DNA from: Escherichia phage vB_EcoM-pEB20
Length of the DNA: 64,000 nucleotides
Strand: one strand, 5' to 3'
Sequence record: OP114733
In this document: in pieces, positions 63,850-64,000 of the stretch
How the letters are laid out: the number at the start of each line of letters is the position of its first letter
Numbering within the stretch: the stretch's first letter is position 1
Made by a program: the position numbers and the translations under genes
Notes under the pieces: generated by a model
What the model was told of the DNA's origin: nothing
The model's database searches: none
What the model saw: only the letters and a program-made list of their open reading frames with translations

Positions 63850-64000
63850 TGGATGCTATGCTATTTAAAATGTATTTGCTTGAAGCCAAGTCATTTAAAC
63901 ATATACCAGTGGAAGATAAGACTCCACTAGAAATAGCTATTCTCATTAACAAAAGTCTAAATAATCCGCAATATATCGTAGAAGAATTCTGCAAATTGCA
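63849..64000 (+). CDS. partial CDS, 5' end (continues past window end)
   Basis: ATG 63849 overlapping upstream stop; open to nt 64000. Confidence 0.5.
   Translation, partial: MDAMLFKMYLLEAKSFKHIPVEDKTPLEIAILINKSLNNPQYIVEEFCKL

Overview
This window is a contiguous early/middle-gene region of a T4-like (Tevenvirinae) coliphage. The 903-aa B-family DNA polymerase and several other proteins match what I recall of RB69 (Mosigvirus), but that identification is from memory and not searched. Nearly all genes are on the + strand, tightly packed with frequent ATGA/TAATG start-stop overlaps; the only minus-strand candidate is a small membrane protein at 62036-62233. Gene order follows T4 synteny: gene 3 (3' end) - 1 - 57A - 57B - ipI-like, two tRNAs (CAU, Arg-UCU), nudE - e - denV with interspersed internal-protein-like genes, grcA-like, regB, tk, rI, nrdC - 49 - nrdD - nrdG - nrdH-like, 55 - 47 - 46 - rpbA - 45 - 44 - 62 - regA - 43, then 42-like - uvsX - 40 - 41, a dmd/sp island, 61 - 56 - soc. 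The most notable content is a sugar-nucleotide biosynthesis module between gene 43 and the gene 42-like hydroxymethylase, where T4 carries imm/42/beta-gt, and no alpha-gt-sized gene between 55 and 47. This fits a non-glucose (arabinosyl-type) 5-hmC hypermodification system and includes a U32-family-like protein of unknown role. Other accessory content: seven genes with the capsid-targeting N-terminus, two paralogous small-protein families, inverted-repeat early promoters recurring as near-identical copies, a macro-domain protein and a 2OG-oxygenase-like protein. All coordinates for starts, promoters and terminators were derived by hand and may be off by a few nt; no database search was run.
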